Shown: positions 11,850 to 24,897, numbered from the whole stretch's first letter. The stretch: DNA of 63,267 nt, filler included, from Octopus bimaculoides (GCF_001194135.2; 4 parts of 4 records of this genome joined end to end with filler, not necessarily neighbours in it), one strand, 5' to 3'. Notes: generated from the sequence alone by a model not told the origin. A program made the numbers and translations.

Positions 11850-12275
11850 CATCATCATCATTATCATCATCATTTAATGTCCATTTTCCATGCTAGCATG
11901 GCTTAGATGGTTTGATAGGAGCTGGTAAGCCAGAGAGCTGCACCAGGCTTCAGTTGTCTGTTTTGGCATGATTTCTATAGTTGGATGTCCTTCCTAATGG
12001 CAACCACTTTACAGAGTGTACTGGCTGCTTTTCCATGGTACCAACATGGGTACTTTTCTGTGTGACACCAGCACAGGCGCTTTTCTGTATGGTACCAGCA
12101 TGGACACTTTTTCATGTGACATCAACATGTGTGCATTTTGGTGTGGCACCACCATGGGTGTTTTTCCGCGTGACACCAGCAAGAGCTCTTTTCACATGGC
12201 AGAAGCACAGATGCTTTACAAATGACACCAGCATTGGTGATTTTTGCATGACACCAGTACATGTGCTTTTTGTGG
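11850..12275 (-). mobile_element. SINE-like family 6 with (GAT)n RTE-type tail; other copies at ~13915-14222 (+), 18078-18250 (-), 26610-26755 (-)
   Basis: Shared CATCATCAT-TTAATGTCC..TTTCCATGCT..GGATGCCCTTCCTAA motif in all copies. Confidence 0.75.
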
Positions 12276-13180
12276 GATAGAATGGCTCTAGTTAGAATGC
12301 TTTTGAATACAGGTCTATTTTATTAGGGTAATCTTGGGCTAAACAACAAACCTACAAGCAAATCAAAATAACTAATTTTCTTAGCATCTTATTCCTCACC
12401 ATGGACAGACACACATATCCTTTACAAATATTCACGACCAGACAACCCTCAGCCTTTCACTCATTTGCCTTTACACACACACACACACACACAGAATGAT
12501 ACAGGGAGGAAGTTCAGAAATAGAAAAATAGAAAGAGATATAGCACGAAAGATAGACAAAAAACGAAACAAAAAACATGTGAGAGAGATTATGAGAGATT
12601 AAATGACTTGGCATTTAAGTTTTTCAATTAGCATCAGCAATAAGACACTAAGATATGAAGGCATTCTGGAAGCCTTTCTCATGTGCATATATATATATAT
12701 ATGTGTGTAAATATATTTACATGTGTATTTAGTATTAACTGTTGGACAAAAGAATATTCAATACCATGGGTAGAGATTAATGATATATTATTTTGGTTGA
12801 GTCAGCCTCTTGCAGCTCTGAGTTTCATCTGTAAACCCACTGGATCTTCAGGTAATTTGTGACTCAACTTGCCCTCAATATTCTGTGTGCCTACAGGTGA
12901 AACTCAGAGCAGCAAGAGGCTAACTCAACCAGCACAATATACAGTGTGCAGCAGAAAGGTTGCCTCAATTTCAAAAGTTAATAAAAAAAAAAAAACCCAT
13001 GAAGATGCATAAGAAAACTTTGTATTTCTATGAAGTTCATTAAATGCCATTTTTGTTTCTGTTTCAGGTAGTACCCATCATGGCCTGGAGTGGAGAGCAT
13101 TGTTTTTTCTTGTATCTTCATGTTTTTTTTTTTTATTAACCTTTGAAATCAGGGCAGTCTTTCTGCCATATCCTGTATAT

Positions 13181-13181
<1 letters not shown>

Positions 13182-13263
<82 letters not shown>
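13182..13263. repeat. (CA)n microsatellite; other long (TG/CA)n tracts at ~2505-2552, 17671-17713, 18803-18896, 60711-60764
   Basis: Directly visible. Confidence 0.97.
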
Positions 13264-13266
<3 letters not shown>

Positions 13267-14237
13267 ACCATGTAAAGCCAATTACCAAAGCTCAATTAGT
13301 ACAAATAATTAATCCTATTTAAAAGCTTCACACTAATTGAACTTATATGATTCAAATTTGTTATAGCACATTAAAATACTGAATACAGCAATTGGCTCTA
13401 ACTCAGAAAATGAGCCATAAAAACAGTTGTCAGCACTTATCGTCATTCTCCTTAACCAGCTACTGTAAAAGCGAAATTATTTTGAAGCTGTTTGTCAAGT
13501 GCAAATAATAAACAGAGTTTTCCTAGAAAGTGTAATTATTCAAGAACAAGTGTTTTTGCAAAACATGAAATTAATACTGAACTGCTGTAAAATGCTGATG
13601 CTGACATGATGCTATAAAGCAGCTCCAATGGGATTGTCTCAATATTTTTAAAATGGATATACCGAAACTACATTCATAATTAATGTGAGCAAAACATAAA
13701 TAAATAAGTGTATCAAATGTTAATAGTGCTCTCAAAATCTTCTGCTCACCATCTCTCAAATGCTATTGCAAACCTCTATATATCCCAACTCTTGGTTCTT
13801 TGTCTCCCCTTTATTTCTACTCACCTCATACCTCTGGATGCACACAGATACCTCATCACCACTATTTGTCTCCCCCTGTTCCACTCCAAACCCCTTTCTT
13901 TTCAAAAGGTGAGTAGCTACATATCCCTTTAACAGCAAGATACCTGTTCTGTTCCCCTCTCATGCTTTAACACATTATCTCTCACCATAAAGCTACCTCT
14001 CTGGGGTTTGTAGTCTTACAAGTTGCATGGCGATCTCACTTGTGCTGGTGCTGTGAAAAATGCACCCCGTTCATGCTGTAAAGTGGTTGACATTAGGAAG
14101 GGCCTCCAGCCATGGAAACTATGCTAAAGTAGACAGTGGAAAATGACGCAGTCCTTGGGCCCACTGGAGCCTGTCAAATTGTCCAACATGGAAGATGGAT
14201 ATTAAATAATGATAATGCATGTTTGTATGTACAACAG

Positions 14238-14586
14238 TGAAGGTGCATGGCTTAGTGGTTAGAGCATTGGGCTCACAATCATGATGTAGTGAGTTCGATT
14301 CCCAAACTGGGCTAATGTGTTGTGTTCTTGAGCAAGACACTTTATTTCACTTTACTCCAGTTCACACACCTGTAGAAACGAGTTGTAACATCACTGGTGC
14401 CAAGGTGTATCAGCCTTTACCTTTCCCTCGGATAACATCAGTGGTGTGGAAAGGAGAAGCTGGTATGCATGGGCGACTACTGCTTTTCCATAAACAACTT
14501 TGTCTGGACTTGTGCCTCGGAAGGAAACTGTTTAGGTGCAATCCCATGGTCATTCATGACCGAAGTAGGTCTTTACCCATTTTTTA
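14238..14586 (+). mobile_element. tRNA-derived SINE with a CORE/V-like central domain
   Basis: A-box TGGCTTAGTGG, B-box GAGTTCGATTCC, followed by GTGTTCTTGAGCAAGACACTTTATTTCAC. Confidence 0.75.
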
Positions 14587-14807
14587 TGTACAACATTGTT
14601 CTCAACACTGGTCACTATCAAAATTTCACATTCACTTTCCATGAAGGTATGGATTGTATGGTTCGACAAGACCAAGCAAATCAGTAGACCAGGTCTTGAT
14701 TCAGTATTTCAGTTTTGGAATGATTTCTATGATAGGTTTCCTTTCTTGATGTCAATCACTTTACAAAGGAGTGTGCTGGGTGCTTTTTCCATGGCACTAA
14801 TGCTCAT

Positions 14808-15157
14808 GACCCCGAAATGAAGAAACGCAAAGTCGACCTCGGTGGAATTTGAATTCAGAACGTGAAGACAGACAAAATACTGCTAAGCATTTTGCCCGGC
14901 GTGCTAATGTTTCTTATTTCTTTATTGCCCACAAGGGGCTAAACATAGAGGGGACAAACAAGGACAAACAAGGACAAACAAAGGAATTAAGTCGATTACA
15001 TCGACCCCAGTGTGTAACTGGTACTTAATTTATTGACCCCGAAAGAATGAAAGGTAAAGTCGACCTCGGCGGAATTTGAACTCAAAGTGTAACGGCAGAC
15101 GAAATACTGCTAAGTATTTCGCTCGGCGTGCTAACGTTTCTACCAGCTCGGTGCCTT
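14808..15157 (-). mobile_element. SINE family 2, composite with two head segments
   Basis: Two GTCGACCTCGG..GAATTTGAA..CA heads; most CpGs retained, so probably young. Confidence 0.8.
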
Positions 15158-15419
15158 CAGGTAGAATAATATTAGAAAGGTATTTTCTCCCTCTTGAGAA
15201 AAGTTTGAATAATTTTTACTCCTATAATTGCTCTGTAATCATAGATTTCCTCAAATTGATATAAGAATGGTCAGTCTCTTGTTTTGAAGAGATGTCCGAT
15301 TCATGCATCCTTGACCGTTTCTTTTGTGTCTATAGATGAGAAGAAAGAATAGACTGTCCATTGTTTTTCTATCATCATTGTTTTAACATTCACTTTTCTC
15401 TGCTCTCATGGATCAGAGA

Positions 15420-16166
15420 GAATTTGTTGGTGGTGGTGGAGGTTGTGGTGGTGAAGGTTGCAGTTATTGAGGTGGTGGTGGAGATTATGGTGTAGTGTGG
15501 TGGTAATAGTTATGGTGGCAATGGCGGAGATTGTGGTTGAGGTTATGGTGGTAGTGTGGTGGTAGAGGCTATGGCAGTGGTGGTATAGGCTGTGGCAGTG
15601 GTTATTTAGGTGGTGGTGGAGGTTGTGGTGGAGGTTATGGTGGTAGTATGGTGGTGATGGTTATGGTGATTGAGGTTATGGTAGCAGTGGTGGTGGTTAT
15701 GGCAGCAGTGGTGGTATAGTGGAGAGTTTGTAGTAGCTGAGACAGTATTCTTAGTGGTAGTGATAACAGCTATGGCTGTGGTGGTAGTAGTGTTGTAGTT
15801 GTGTGGTTGTACTAGTGATTGTCCTTGTGACATTTTGATGTTAGTGAAAGTTCTGGCAATAGTAACAGTGGTCCTGGTAGTGATGGCGGAGGTGGTGGTG
15901 GTGGTAGTGTAGCAGCAATGCAGCAATGGTAGTGGTGGTTGTAATAATAGCAGTAGTAGTAGTAGCAGCAGAAGTAGTAGTAGTGATGGTAGTGATACGG
16001 TGGTAGTTGTGTTGTAGTAGTAGAAGCATTGTTAGTTATGGCAGTGGTGGTAGTAGTTATAGCTGCTCTGGCAGTAGTAGCCGTGGTTGTAGTGGTTGCC
16101 GTAGTGATAATTGGTATTGGTGCTGGTGGTGATAGAAGTACTGAAGTTGTAGTGATGTTGTGGTGT

Positions 16167-16202
<36 letters not shown>

Positions 16203-16614
16203 TAGTAGAGTGTTGTCATGGTATTGCTGTATTAGTGGTAGTGGTGACAGTAGTGGTGTTTGTGGCGGTGGTGGTGTGTTGTAGTAGTAGTAGTAGTGGC
16301 AGTGACGTTAGATGGTCGTAGTCATAGCAATAGCAATAACGATGATTGATACTATTGATAAACGAAGATGATGATGATGATGATGGTGGTGGTTTCAACC
16401 GGATTGATAGTAACAGTACTATTGCTGTGGTTGATGATGATGACGACGATGATGGTGATAATGATGACGATGATGGTGATGATGATGATTGTGATAATGA
16501 CATGAGAGGGGGGGGCAGACGGAAAAGGAGAAGGAAAATCTTACGAGCTGGCAAGTCATAATGATAAACTGCATTAGCGATGATGATGATGATGATGATG
16601 ATCAGGTGGCTATA

Positions 16615-16645
<31 letters not shown>

Positions 16646-17100
16646 GGTGGTAGTATTAGTACTTCTACTAGTAGTAGTGGTAATAGTAGTAACAGTGGGG
16701 GAGGTAGTAGTAGTAGTTATGAGGATACTGGTATTGGTAATGATGTGATGATTGATGGTGATTGGTGAGTGAGTGAGTGAGTGTGTGTGTGTGTATGTGC
16801 GTTAGCAGTAGCGTTGACTGATGGGTGAGAATGGCGATAAAATTCGCCGCATTACTTATTGTGGTTATCAGAGATGGAATGAAAAAAGAAATAATGGAGG
16901 TTAAAGACAAATGATTGAGACTGAATTCATGATGATGATGATGATGGTAACGATTGTTGCGGTAATAAATTATGATTATGATGATGATGATAATGATGGG
17001 GGGGGGGTGAAGATGATTGTGGTAATAACGATGATGATGATGATGGTAGTGGTTTCGATAATAGGTGACGACGATGATTGTACTTCTGGCGGCGGCGGTG
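15420..17100. repeat. Degenerate (GGT/AGT/GAT)n low-complexity tract
   Basis: Directly visible. Confidence 0.9.
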
Positions 17101-17667
17101 CTGACCTGCAAGAGAAGCAAGTAAGAGGGGGAAGAAAAAAAAACGAGATATAATAGGCATGGTGATGTAGGTGTGTGCATGTGTGTGCGAGTGATTAAAG
17201 CGACGAAAGCGAAGAAACGTCTTCGAAGCAAGAAAAATCGATACACACAGACTGCATCAACTAGAGTGTATGTATAATTATGTGAATATGCCCGTATATG
17301 TCAGTCTGTATGTGTTATGTACGTGTGTGTAAAGGCGGGTATGAAACTGTTACAGCAAACGTACGTTTATCTGTAGGAATATCCGTTAGCAAGAAAGAAG
17401 CTTATGTGAATACGTAAATACGTATTTGTTAAAATCAACACGCGAGTGTGTATGTATTTTGTATAGAGAACAAGAGTGCACGAAGTATTGTTTGTATGAA
17501 CGACAGAAGAAGTAAAGATAAAAATAAAAAATCACAACTAAAGATTAATACACAATTGATCATGTGACAAGAAGACTGCACTGTTTCGTCCTCTGCTATC
17601 TGGCTGCTTATGTTTATGTATGTATATGTATGTAACTGCGTACCTGTACATTACATGTGAGAAATTA

Positions 17668-17715
<48 letters not shown>

Positions 17716-18324
17716 GGGTGAGCAGACAAACGAAAGAAGGGCACTCAACACATTTATTGGGAGTTACATGAACAGATCAAACAGTTTGATTCAAATTCCT
17801 TTAGTACTTCAAGTTTCAAGCGTGATGCTAGTCTTCAGCCATTGAAATTATCTATCTATATATCTATCAGTCTGTCTATCTGTCTTTCAGTCTGTCTGTC
17901 TATCTATCTCTCTTCCAGTCTGTCTATCTGTCTATCTTTCTATCTTTCAGTCTGTCTGTCTGTCTATCTACCTATCTATCAGTCTGTCTATCTATCTATC
18001 TATCAGTCTGTCTATCTGTCTATCTATCTATCAGTCTGTCTATCTATCGATCTATCTATATCTATCTATCAATTTGTTATGCTGGCACAGGTCGAAGAGT
18101 TCAACAGGAGGTGGTGAGCCAAAAGACTGCTGCACCAAACCTTCAAGGTCTGCTTTGGCATGGTTTCTACGGTTAGATACCCTTCCTAACGCCAACAACT
18201 TTACAGTGTACTCAGAGCGTTTTACATGGCACCGGCACAAGTGAAATCACCACACACACATTTATCTTTTATTTCAGTCAATAGACTTTGGTCATGTGGT
18301 AGCACTGCCTTGAAGAGTTTAATC

Positions 18325-18554
18325 CAGTGTTTCTCAACCATTTTTCACCTTTGGTTCCGGTTTTACTTTAATTCCATGTCTAAAAGCCCCTATCATATTT
18401 TTGTAATTAAATATTATTAGGCAATATATAAAAATAATTATTAAAATGTTTTGTGTGTTGTAGAAGTATAATTAATTTATTGCAGATATATTTTAATAAC
18501 AAAATCCTATATGGGCCCCTAAAAGTCATATGAGCCCTAGTTGAAAAACCACTG
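18325..18554 (+). mobile_element. 230-bp hAT-like MITE inserted in a family-1 SINE (~18265-18800, minus strand)
   Basis: TIRs CAGTGTTTCTCAACC / AGTTGAAAAACCACTG; flanks gtttaatc / gtttggtt look like a decayed 8-bp duplication of the host SINE sequence. Confidence 0.8.
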
Positions 18555-18800
18555 GTTTGGTTGAACAAATCGACCCCAGTACCATGCTATAAGGTCTCTT
18601 GTCAAACTTAAATTATGGGAATGCAAACAAAGCAGCACTGGTTGTCAAGTGATTGGGGAACACGCACACACTCTAAATTCACTCAAGCTGTTGGTCAACC
18701 TGAAGCTATAGCAGAAGTCACTTGCCTAAGGTGCTACACTCTGGGAGTGAACCCAAGGGCACATAGTTGCAAAGTGACCTTATTAACCACACAAGCTCAG

Positions 18801-18899
<99 letters not shown>

Positions 18900-20054
18900 A
18901 AATTTGTTTTTATGTTAGGCTATACATAAAAACAATTTATCATCAAACTGAAGGACTGATTACTAAATGGCTTTTAGTAGAGTACATATAAACATTTAGA
19001 AGGAAAATGTTGATAGCGACTATTAATATACATATAGATGGATAGAGAGAGAGATATAAGTATATCATGCACATTCATTATAAACATTATCGATCACACA
19101 TACTTAGATGCTTTGTGTGCATGCCTTGTTTGCCAGTAGGCTGTGATTTGATGTGGTGGAGATGACTCCCTCAAGGCACTGGGTGTTAAAGCACCTGGAA
19201 ATCATGGACAGGACATGAATACACACACACTGTGTCATATTGATTCTGTCTTGGAATTATGTTAAGAGTACACTTATCTGTGGAGTACTTAGCCACTTAC
19301 ATGTTAATTCAGGAGCTGGTAATTCAGTTGATCAAATAAATGAATCCTCACTGTTGAAAGCAACCTAGATCCACTACTACCCCCCCCCCCACAAGTCTAT
19401 TTAGCATTAAATAGAATAGAATGGTTAACCAAATTGGGCCAGTTGAGTTTTGTAAAGGACATCTCATCTCCGTCTTCCTCTATCCATCTATCACATCTCC
19501 CAACTCCTCATTACTCCACAACACTCATTAAACCTTCACAACCTCCAGTCTCTGCCCCTCTTTCTCTGCACATACTTCTAGCTTTCATTACTGACTTCCT
19601 TTAATTGTCTTATATGAAAAGGATGTGTTATAACACTATTACACACATACAAAAACAACCATACCAACAATCCAACATACCTCCATCATCAGCTGCCCCA
19701 CAGATAGCATTATGGTTTTAACACCTGGGCAGTACCAATCAATCCAGTGGTGTCATCAGCACTAAAATAAGTGCTGTTTGGGAACAAACATACCAAAAAA
19801 CAAAACACACAACTTTCAAACACATTTACCCTATGTACAATAGTAGTATTCAATCAAATATAGGCAGGATGAAACACTAACTTTAAAATTAAACTACAAC
19901 AAGAAACACAAATCTACGTACATCTGTATCAGTATTAATAGTAAAATTACAATAACTAAATCATATTTTTGCTTTCTATTTTTTTTTAACCTTTACTTAT
20001 GAGCTGTAGTGCACCTGATCCCCTGTATTTAATAAACTTATTATTATCATCATT

Positions 20055-20357
20055 AAGGTGGCAAGCTGGAAGAATCGTTAGCATGCTGGGCAAATTGCTT
20101 AGCAGCATTTCATCTGAGTTCTGAGCTAAAATTCTGCCCAGGTCAATTTTGCATTTCATCCTTTTGGGGGTCAATAAATTAAGTACCAGTGAAACACTGG
20201 GGTCAATGTAATTGACTACTCCCCTCTCACCAAATTTCAGGCCTTGTGCCTATAGAAGACAGCATTATTATTATCATGATAATGATCGGCTTACCCCTCC
20301 CCACAAATTTCAGGTCTTGTGCCTATAGTAGAAAGGATTATTATCATGATAATGACA
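20055..20357 (+). mobile_element. SINE family 2 with a tandemly duplicated 3' tail; other family-2 copies at ~23780-24170 (-), 25155-25385 (+), 30330-30690 (-), 30765-31360 (-, interrupted), 51500-51665 (-), 57574-57745 (+)
   Basis: The ~75-bp AAATTTCAGG.CTTGTGCCTATAG..TTATCATGATAATGA segment occurs twice. Confidence 0.8.
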
Positions 20358-21071
20358 AGTTTACCAATGTTTGGAATATAACATTCCTGAGTTTGTTGCA
20401 TTGCAGATAAATGCTATAAAGAAAGAGATAAATAGCCAATTTATCTCATCAGGTTACAAGCCATCACAATATCCAATATCTCAAAGTGAAATAGTAATTA
20501 TTACAGAATCAGACTTATGAAATGCCGACTCGATCCCAGATCCCAATAATCCCTTTCCAACAATATCTCTTTCTTCATTCATTCTACGATACAACTGTTT
20601 ATCAAGAGAATGACACTTTAATTAGCAGCAGTCTTAATGAGATTATTCCACAGAACCTTGCTATGCTTATCACTCTTATTGATAAACTTTATCATTCAAA
20701 GAGAATTATCAAGCCACCTATGGCTTTATTATATGGAACTGAATAAACATAAAATCTAATTTCAGATTGGCATTATGGTATTACTGCTAATTTTTTGCTA
20801 ATTCTACATACTTTATTGTTTTTTCTTAGAGGAGGGTAAATGTTGTTGATACTAAACTTTCCTCACATAATCTATTGATTGTTTACTGCTTCCCTCCTTT
20901 ACCTAAAACAAGATACCGTACTGTAATTGTATGCATTGATTAATATGAAGTCTTGTTTTGTACATTAGTTACTTCTCATGGCATTATACGAAATTCAATC
21001 TGCAACTGAAACAGCAAAAACACGCAACACTTTCTCACAATTGTGTGTATGGAACTTTTCACTGTTTTCAG

Positions 21072-21543
21072 TTACTCTTTTACTTGTTTCAGTCATTTTG
21101 ACTTAAGCCATGCTGGAGCACCACCTCTAGTCAAACAAATCAACCCCAGGACTTACTCTTTGTAAGCCTAGTACTTATTCTATCGGTTTCTTTTGCTGAA
21201 CCGCTAAGTCACAGGGATGCAAACACACCAACATTGGTTGTCAAGCGATGGCAGTGGGGACAAACACAGACACACAAATACATGTATGTATGTATTATAT
21301 ATATATATATATATATATATNNNNNNNNNNNNNNNNNNNNNNNNNNNNNNNNNNNNNNNNNNNNNNNNNNNNNNNNNNNNNNNNNNNNNNNNNNNNNNNN
21401 NNNNNNNNNNNNNATAGATAGATAGATAGATAGATATATATATATAGCAGTCTTCTTTCAGTTTGTCTACCAAATCCACTCACAAGGCTTTGGTCAGCCT
21501 GAGGCTATAGTAGGAGACACTTACCCAAGGTGCCATGCAGTGG
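21072..21543 (-). mobile_element. SINE family 1 spanning an N gap, head truncated
   Basis: Tail and central domain match the other copies. Confidence 0.85.
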
Positions 21544-21984
21544 TTAAAATTCTAACATTTCTTAAAACCCTTTCGTCATCTGGGGAGTTTATATATAAGA
21601 GTGTATGTGTGTGAGAGAGAGAGAGAGAACGAGGGGAGAGGAGGGAAGTGAAAGAGGGAGAGAGATTCAGACATTCTTTCAGTTTTTGAATAAATTATAA
21701 AATTTTTGCTTTTCATATTTTATTACAGTTTTGTTTTTATTCATTTTTTATGCTTTGAATATCTCTTAATATATGACATGGATGTGTGGTCAAGAAGTCT
21801 GCTTCCTTGCTGTATATGACCAAGCATTATCCTGATGATAAAACACCTTCTGTCTTGAAACCAAAGATGATCGTTTTTCTTCTAGTGCTGACTGAAGCCA
21901 CTCAAGCTACTCGCAGCAGATCTTTGTTATTGCTTGGTTTGGGTTTAAAAGATCAAAGTAGACTAAACTTTTCATAACCCATCA

Positions 21985-22739
21985 AACAAATAACAACACC
22001 TTATGTGGGTGAAGACCTTCTTTAGCCTGGTGTGCTGGAGTTTCTCCTTTCCCTACCCACTGCCTTTGGCACTTGACATTTTTATAGAGCATCCATTTCT
22101 TGTCACCAATCACTATTCGATCCAAAAAAAGGTTTGTTCATGAGACATGACAGTAAAGAACACACATTCATTCTCTGCACATGATTAGACTTGGAAAGTT
22201 TGTGTGGAAACCATTGACCCAATTTACTGACTTTTCCAATGGCATGCAGGTGTTGATGAATGGTTGAATGACCAAATTACACCTTCTCTAATAGTTCCTC
22301 AACAGTTACGATGGAATTTTGTTCCACTGGGGTTCGTAGGACATCTTTATCAAACTCTACAGATCTTCCAAGGCAGGGTTTGTCTTCTAGGCTATAGTTT
22401 CTAGCTTGGAATTTCTGGAACCATCGTTGGCACTGGCTTATGCTTGCTGTCCAATCCCCAGATACTGCATTAATATTCCTCGCACATTCCATTGTATTGT
22501 TGCTTTTATTGAACTCATAAAGCAAAGTATGCCAAATATGCTCCTTTGTCACTTCCATTATAGCTTTGAAAAAATAACTTAAAATTGAACTACTCTCTTC
22601 AAAACCTGCACTAAGAATAAGGATAAGGTAAAATTACTACCTGCTTTTATAGCAAGTTGATGCAGGTAGCTTATCCCATCCCCCTCCAACTTTTAGTTCA
22701 TGCAGTTGAAATAACCACATTATTTATGAAATGACCCAA
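21985..22739 (-). mobile_element. 5' half of a second, distinct mariner element
   Basis: TIR-like end (TTGGGTCATTTCATAAATAATGTGG on minus). Transposase MEVTKEHIWHTLLYEF...CQRWFQKF...GQWFPHKL...FLDRIVIGDKKWMLY, truncated before the second catalytic D. Confidence 0.9.
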
Positions 22740-24444
22740 CCAGTTACTTTGTTGTAGAAAACATGTAAAAGTTTTCAATACCTGCATCTCTAGGAAAAGT
22801 ATAGTTTAGAAATAATACATTTCTGAATCTGTCAGAGATTTATGCAGTAGTGATATGATGAGGTAGTTGTATGCTGTCAGCTTAATGTGACAGTCCCCTG
22901 AAGGGAATAATACTACTGTTGTAAACATAAGGACACAGGAAATGTGTCAAGGCTGACAGGAAGCGGTGCAGCTTCCTAGATCTAACCAACAGTAGTATTA
23001 TTCCCTTCAGGGGACTGTCACATTAAGTTGACAGCATACAACTACTTCAAAGTATAGTTTGTTGCATGTATAAATGTGGTTATTTAAATGACAATTGAGT
23101 ACTTATGTATGCAGTCAAACTTTCAGCACATTAATGCAGATTGTTGCAAAGAAAAAGCTGTTGAGAAAGCATGGGCTTGGGATCTCAGTAGCAAACATGC
23201 ACATATGGAGATTATAGACGGCCTAAGGCAATAGGACTGGCGCCCTGTCAACAATACTGTACTGCTTAATAAAATCTCAAATGACCCATTTATCTACCTA
23301 TAAATAGAGACAGAAAGTACCTATTTATTGTGAGTAAGCGGTGTCTGTAATGTAAGTAGTAAGTAAACTAAGTAAAAGAATCTATGTATCATACTGAATA
23401 TGTGTGTGTGTATGTATGTATATATATGTGGTTGACAGGCAAGTTACTATGGTTTTTGTCAGATGAAATCTCTTTTAGAGGTGTTGTGTTTTAAAAACAC
23501 ATACATAACTAGATGTGTATATGTAAATGGCATAACAGGATTATTAAAGAAATTAAAACTTCAACATACCAGGCCGAAAAGGTTTGTCATCAGTGAAGTG
23601 GAATACAGTCAATCAAATACAGAACTTGTTTGCTTATTTTATCAACCCCAGAAGAAGAAAAATTAATATTGTTTCTACAAGTCTTTGATTTTAGAACAGA
23701 GAAATTAATGTAAATACTGTTGTTGTTTCTGCTGCTTCTAATATTGATTTTTAAAAAAAAAATTTGGCACAAAGTTTCAGATGAGGGAGTGAGTGTACAG
23801 TCAACAAACCAACCCCTACTGATAACTGGCATTTGTGTTATCAAGTACTGAAGGATGAAATGTAAAGTCAACTCTACTGGTGTGATTTGAACTCAGAACA
23901 TAAAGAAATGTAACAAAACATTGCAAGACACTTTAGTCCAACACTATGACTTGTGTGACTTAGTGCTTTCAAATATTGATTTCTAATGTGAACACAAGAC
24001 TGCAAATTGAAAGTTGGGGATAATATAGCATTTATTACCAATCACAAAGTGGCATTTTATTACTTTATTTTATCGATTTCAGAAAGATGAAAGCCAAAGC
24101 TGACCTTGGAGGGACTCCAAGTCAGAACACAGAGATGTAACTCAATATCACAAGGCATTTTTAGTCCAAGATCCCATTTCTGATATTTCTCCATCTTCAG
24201 TAATTTCAAATACTAATAATGGATCAATGAACTTTAAAACAATATGTAAAATTCATGAATATTGAAATGTAGGACAACGTGTATCTCATGAATACATGCT
24301 TAGGAAATTCATGATGATAAATTTTCTAAGTGCAAATTAATTAGACATAGATGGAGAAGATATGATAAATATTGGTAAATAGATTAGCACATAGATTTAT
24401 ATCAATGCTGACCCAACACATTTTCACTGGGTTAAAACATTAGT

Positions 24445-24660
24445 GTTAACCCTTTTGATACTGATCTGGCCAAGGCTGCTCCTGGTTCTATGGCACAAGC
24501 CTCCTGGAGTATCAAAGTGATTTAAATTAAAATATCCCCTTACAGTTTTCATGTTAATTCGTTCCAAACATCAGTTATTTAACTATATTCTTTATTTTCA
24601 AAATTCATTTAAATAAGGAGAGTGTATTTCAGTAGGGATATGGTAACAAATTGGACATAT
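24445..24660 (+). mobile_element. Degenerate TTAA-CCC (piggyBac/Kolobok-like) MITE; related fragments at ~860-1000 and ~3560-3670
   Basis: TTAACCCTTTTGATAC start; related ...CAAAAAGGTTAA end at ~1000; internal similarity judged by eye. Confidence 0.45.
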
Positions 24661-24691
24661 TCAATGCATGAACTTTAAAAAGCTATCTAAT

Positions 24692-24863
24692 AGGTGTAGG
24701 GTTGGCTGTGTGTTAAGTAATTCACTTCCCAATCACATGGTTCTGGGTTCAGTCACATTGCTCAGCACATTAGACATATATCTTTACTACAGTCCTGGGC
24801 TGACCAAGCCTTGTGAGTGGATTTGGTAGACAGAAACTAAAAGCATATATATATATATATATC

Positions 24864-24897
<34 letters not shown>

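Noticed and set aside
15420-15760. Gly/Tyr-rich (GGY-like) structural protein gene
   Set aside because: Frequent stops and frameshifts; a degenerate (GGT)n tract.
19681-19761. 81-nt minus-strand exon candidate (TAG acceptor, GTATGT donor) as a SAT upstream exon
   Set aside because: All frames are closed and there is no SAT N-terminal similarity; it could only be non-coding.
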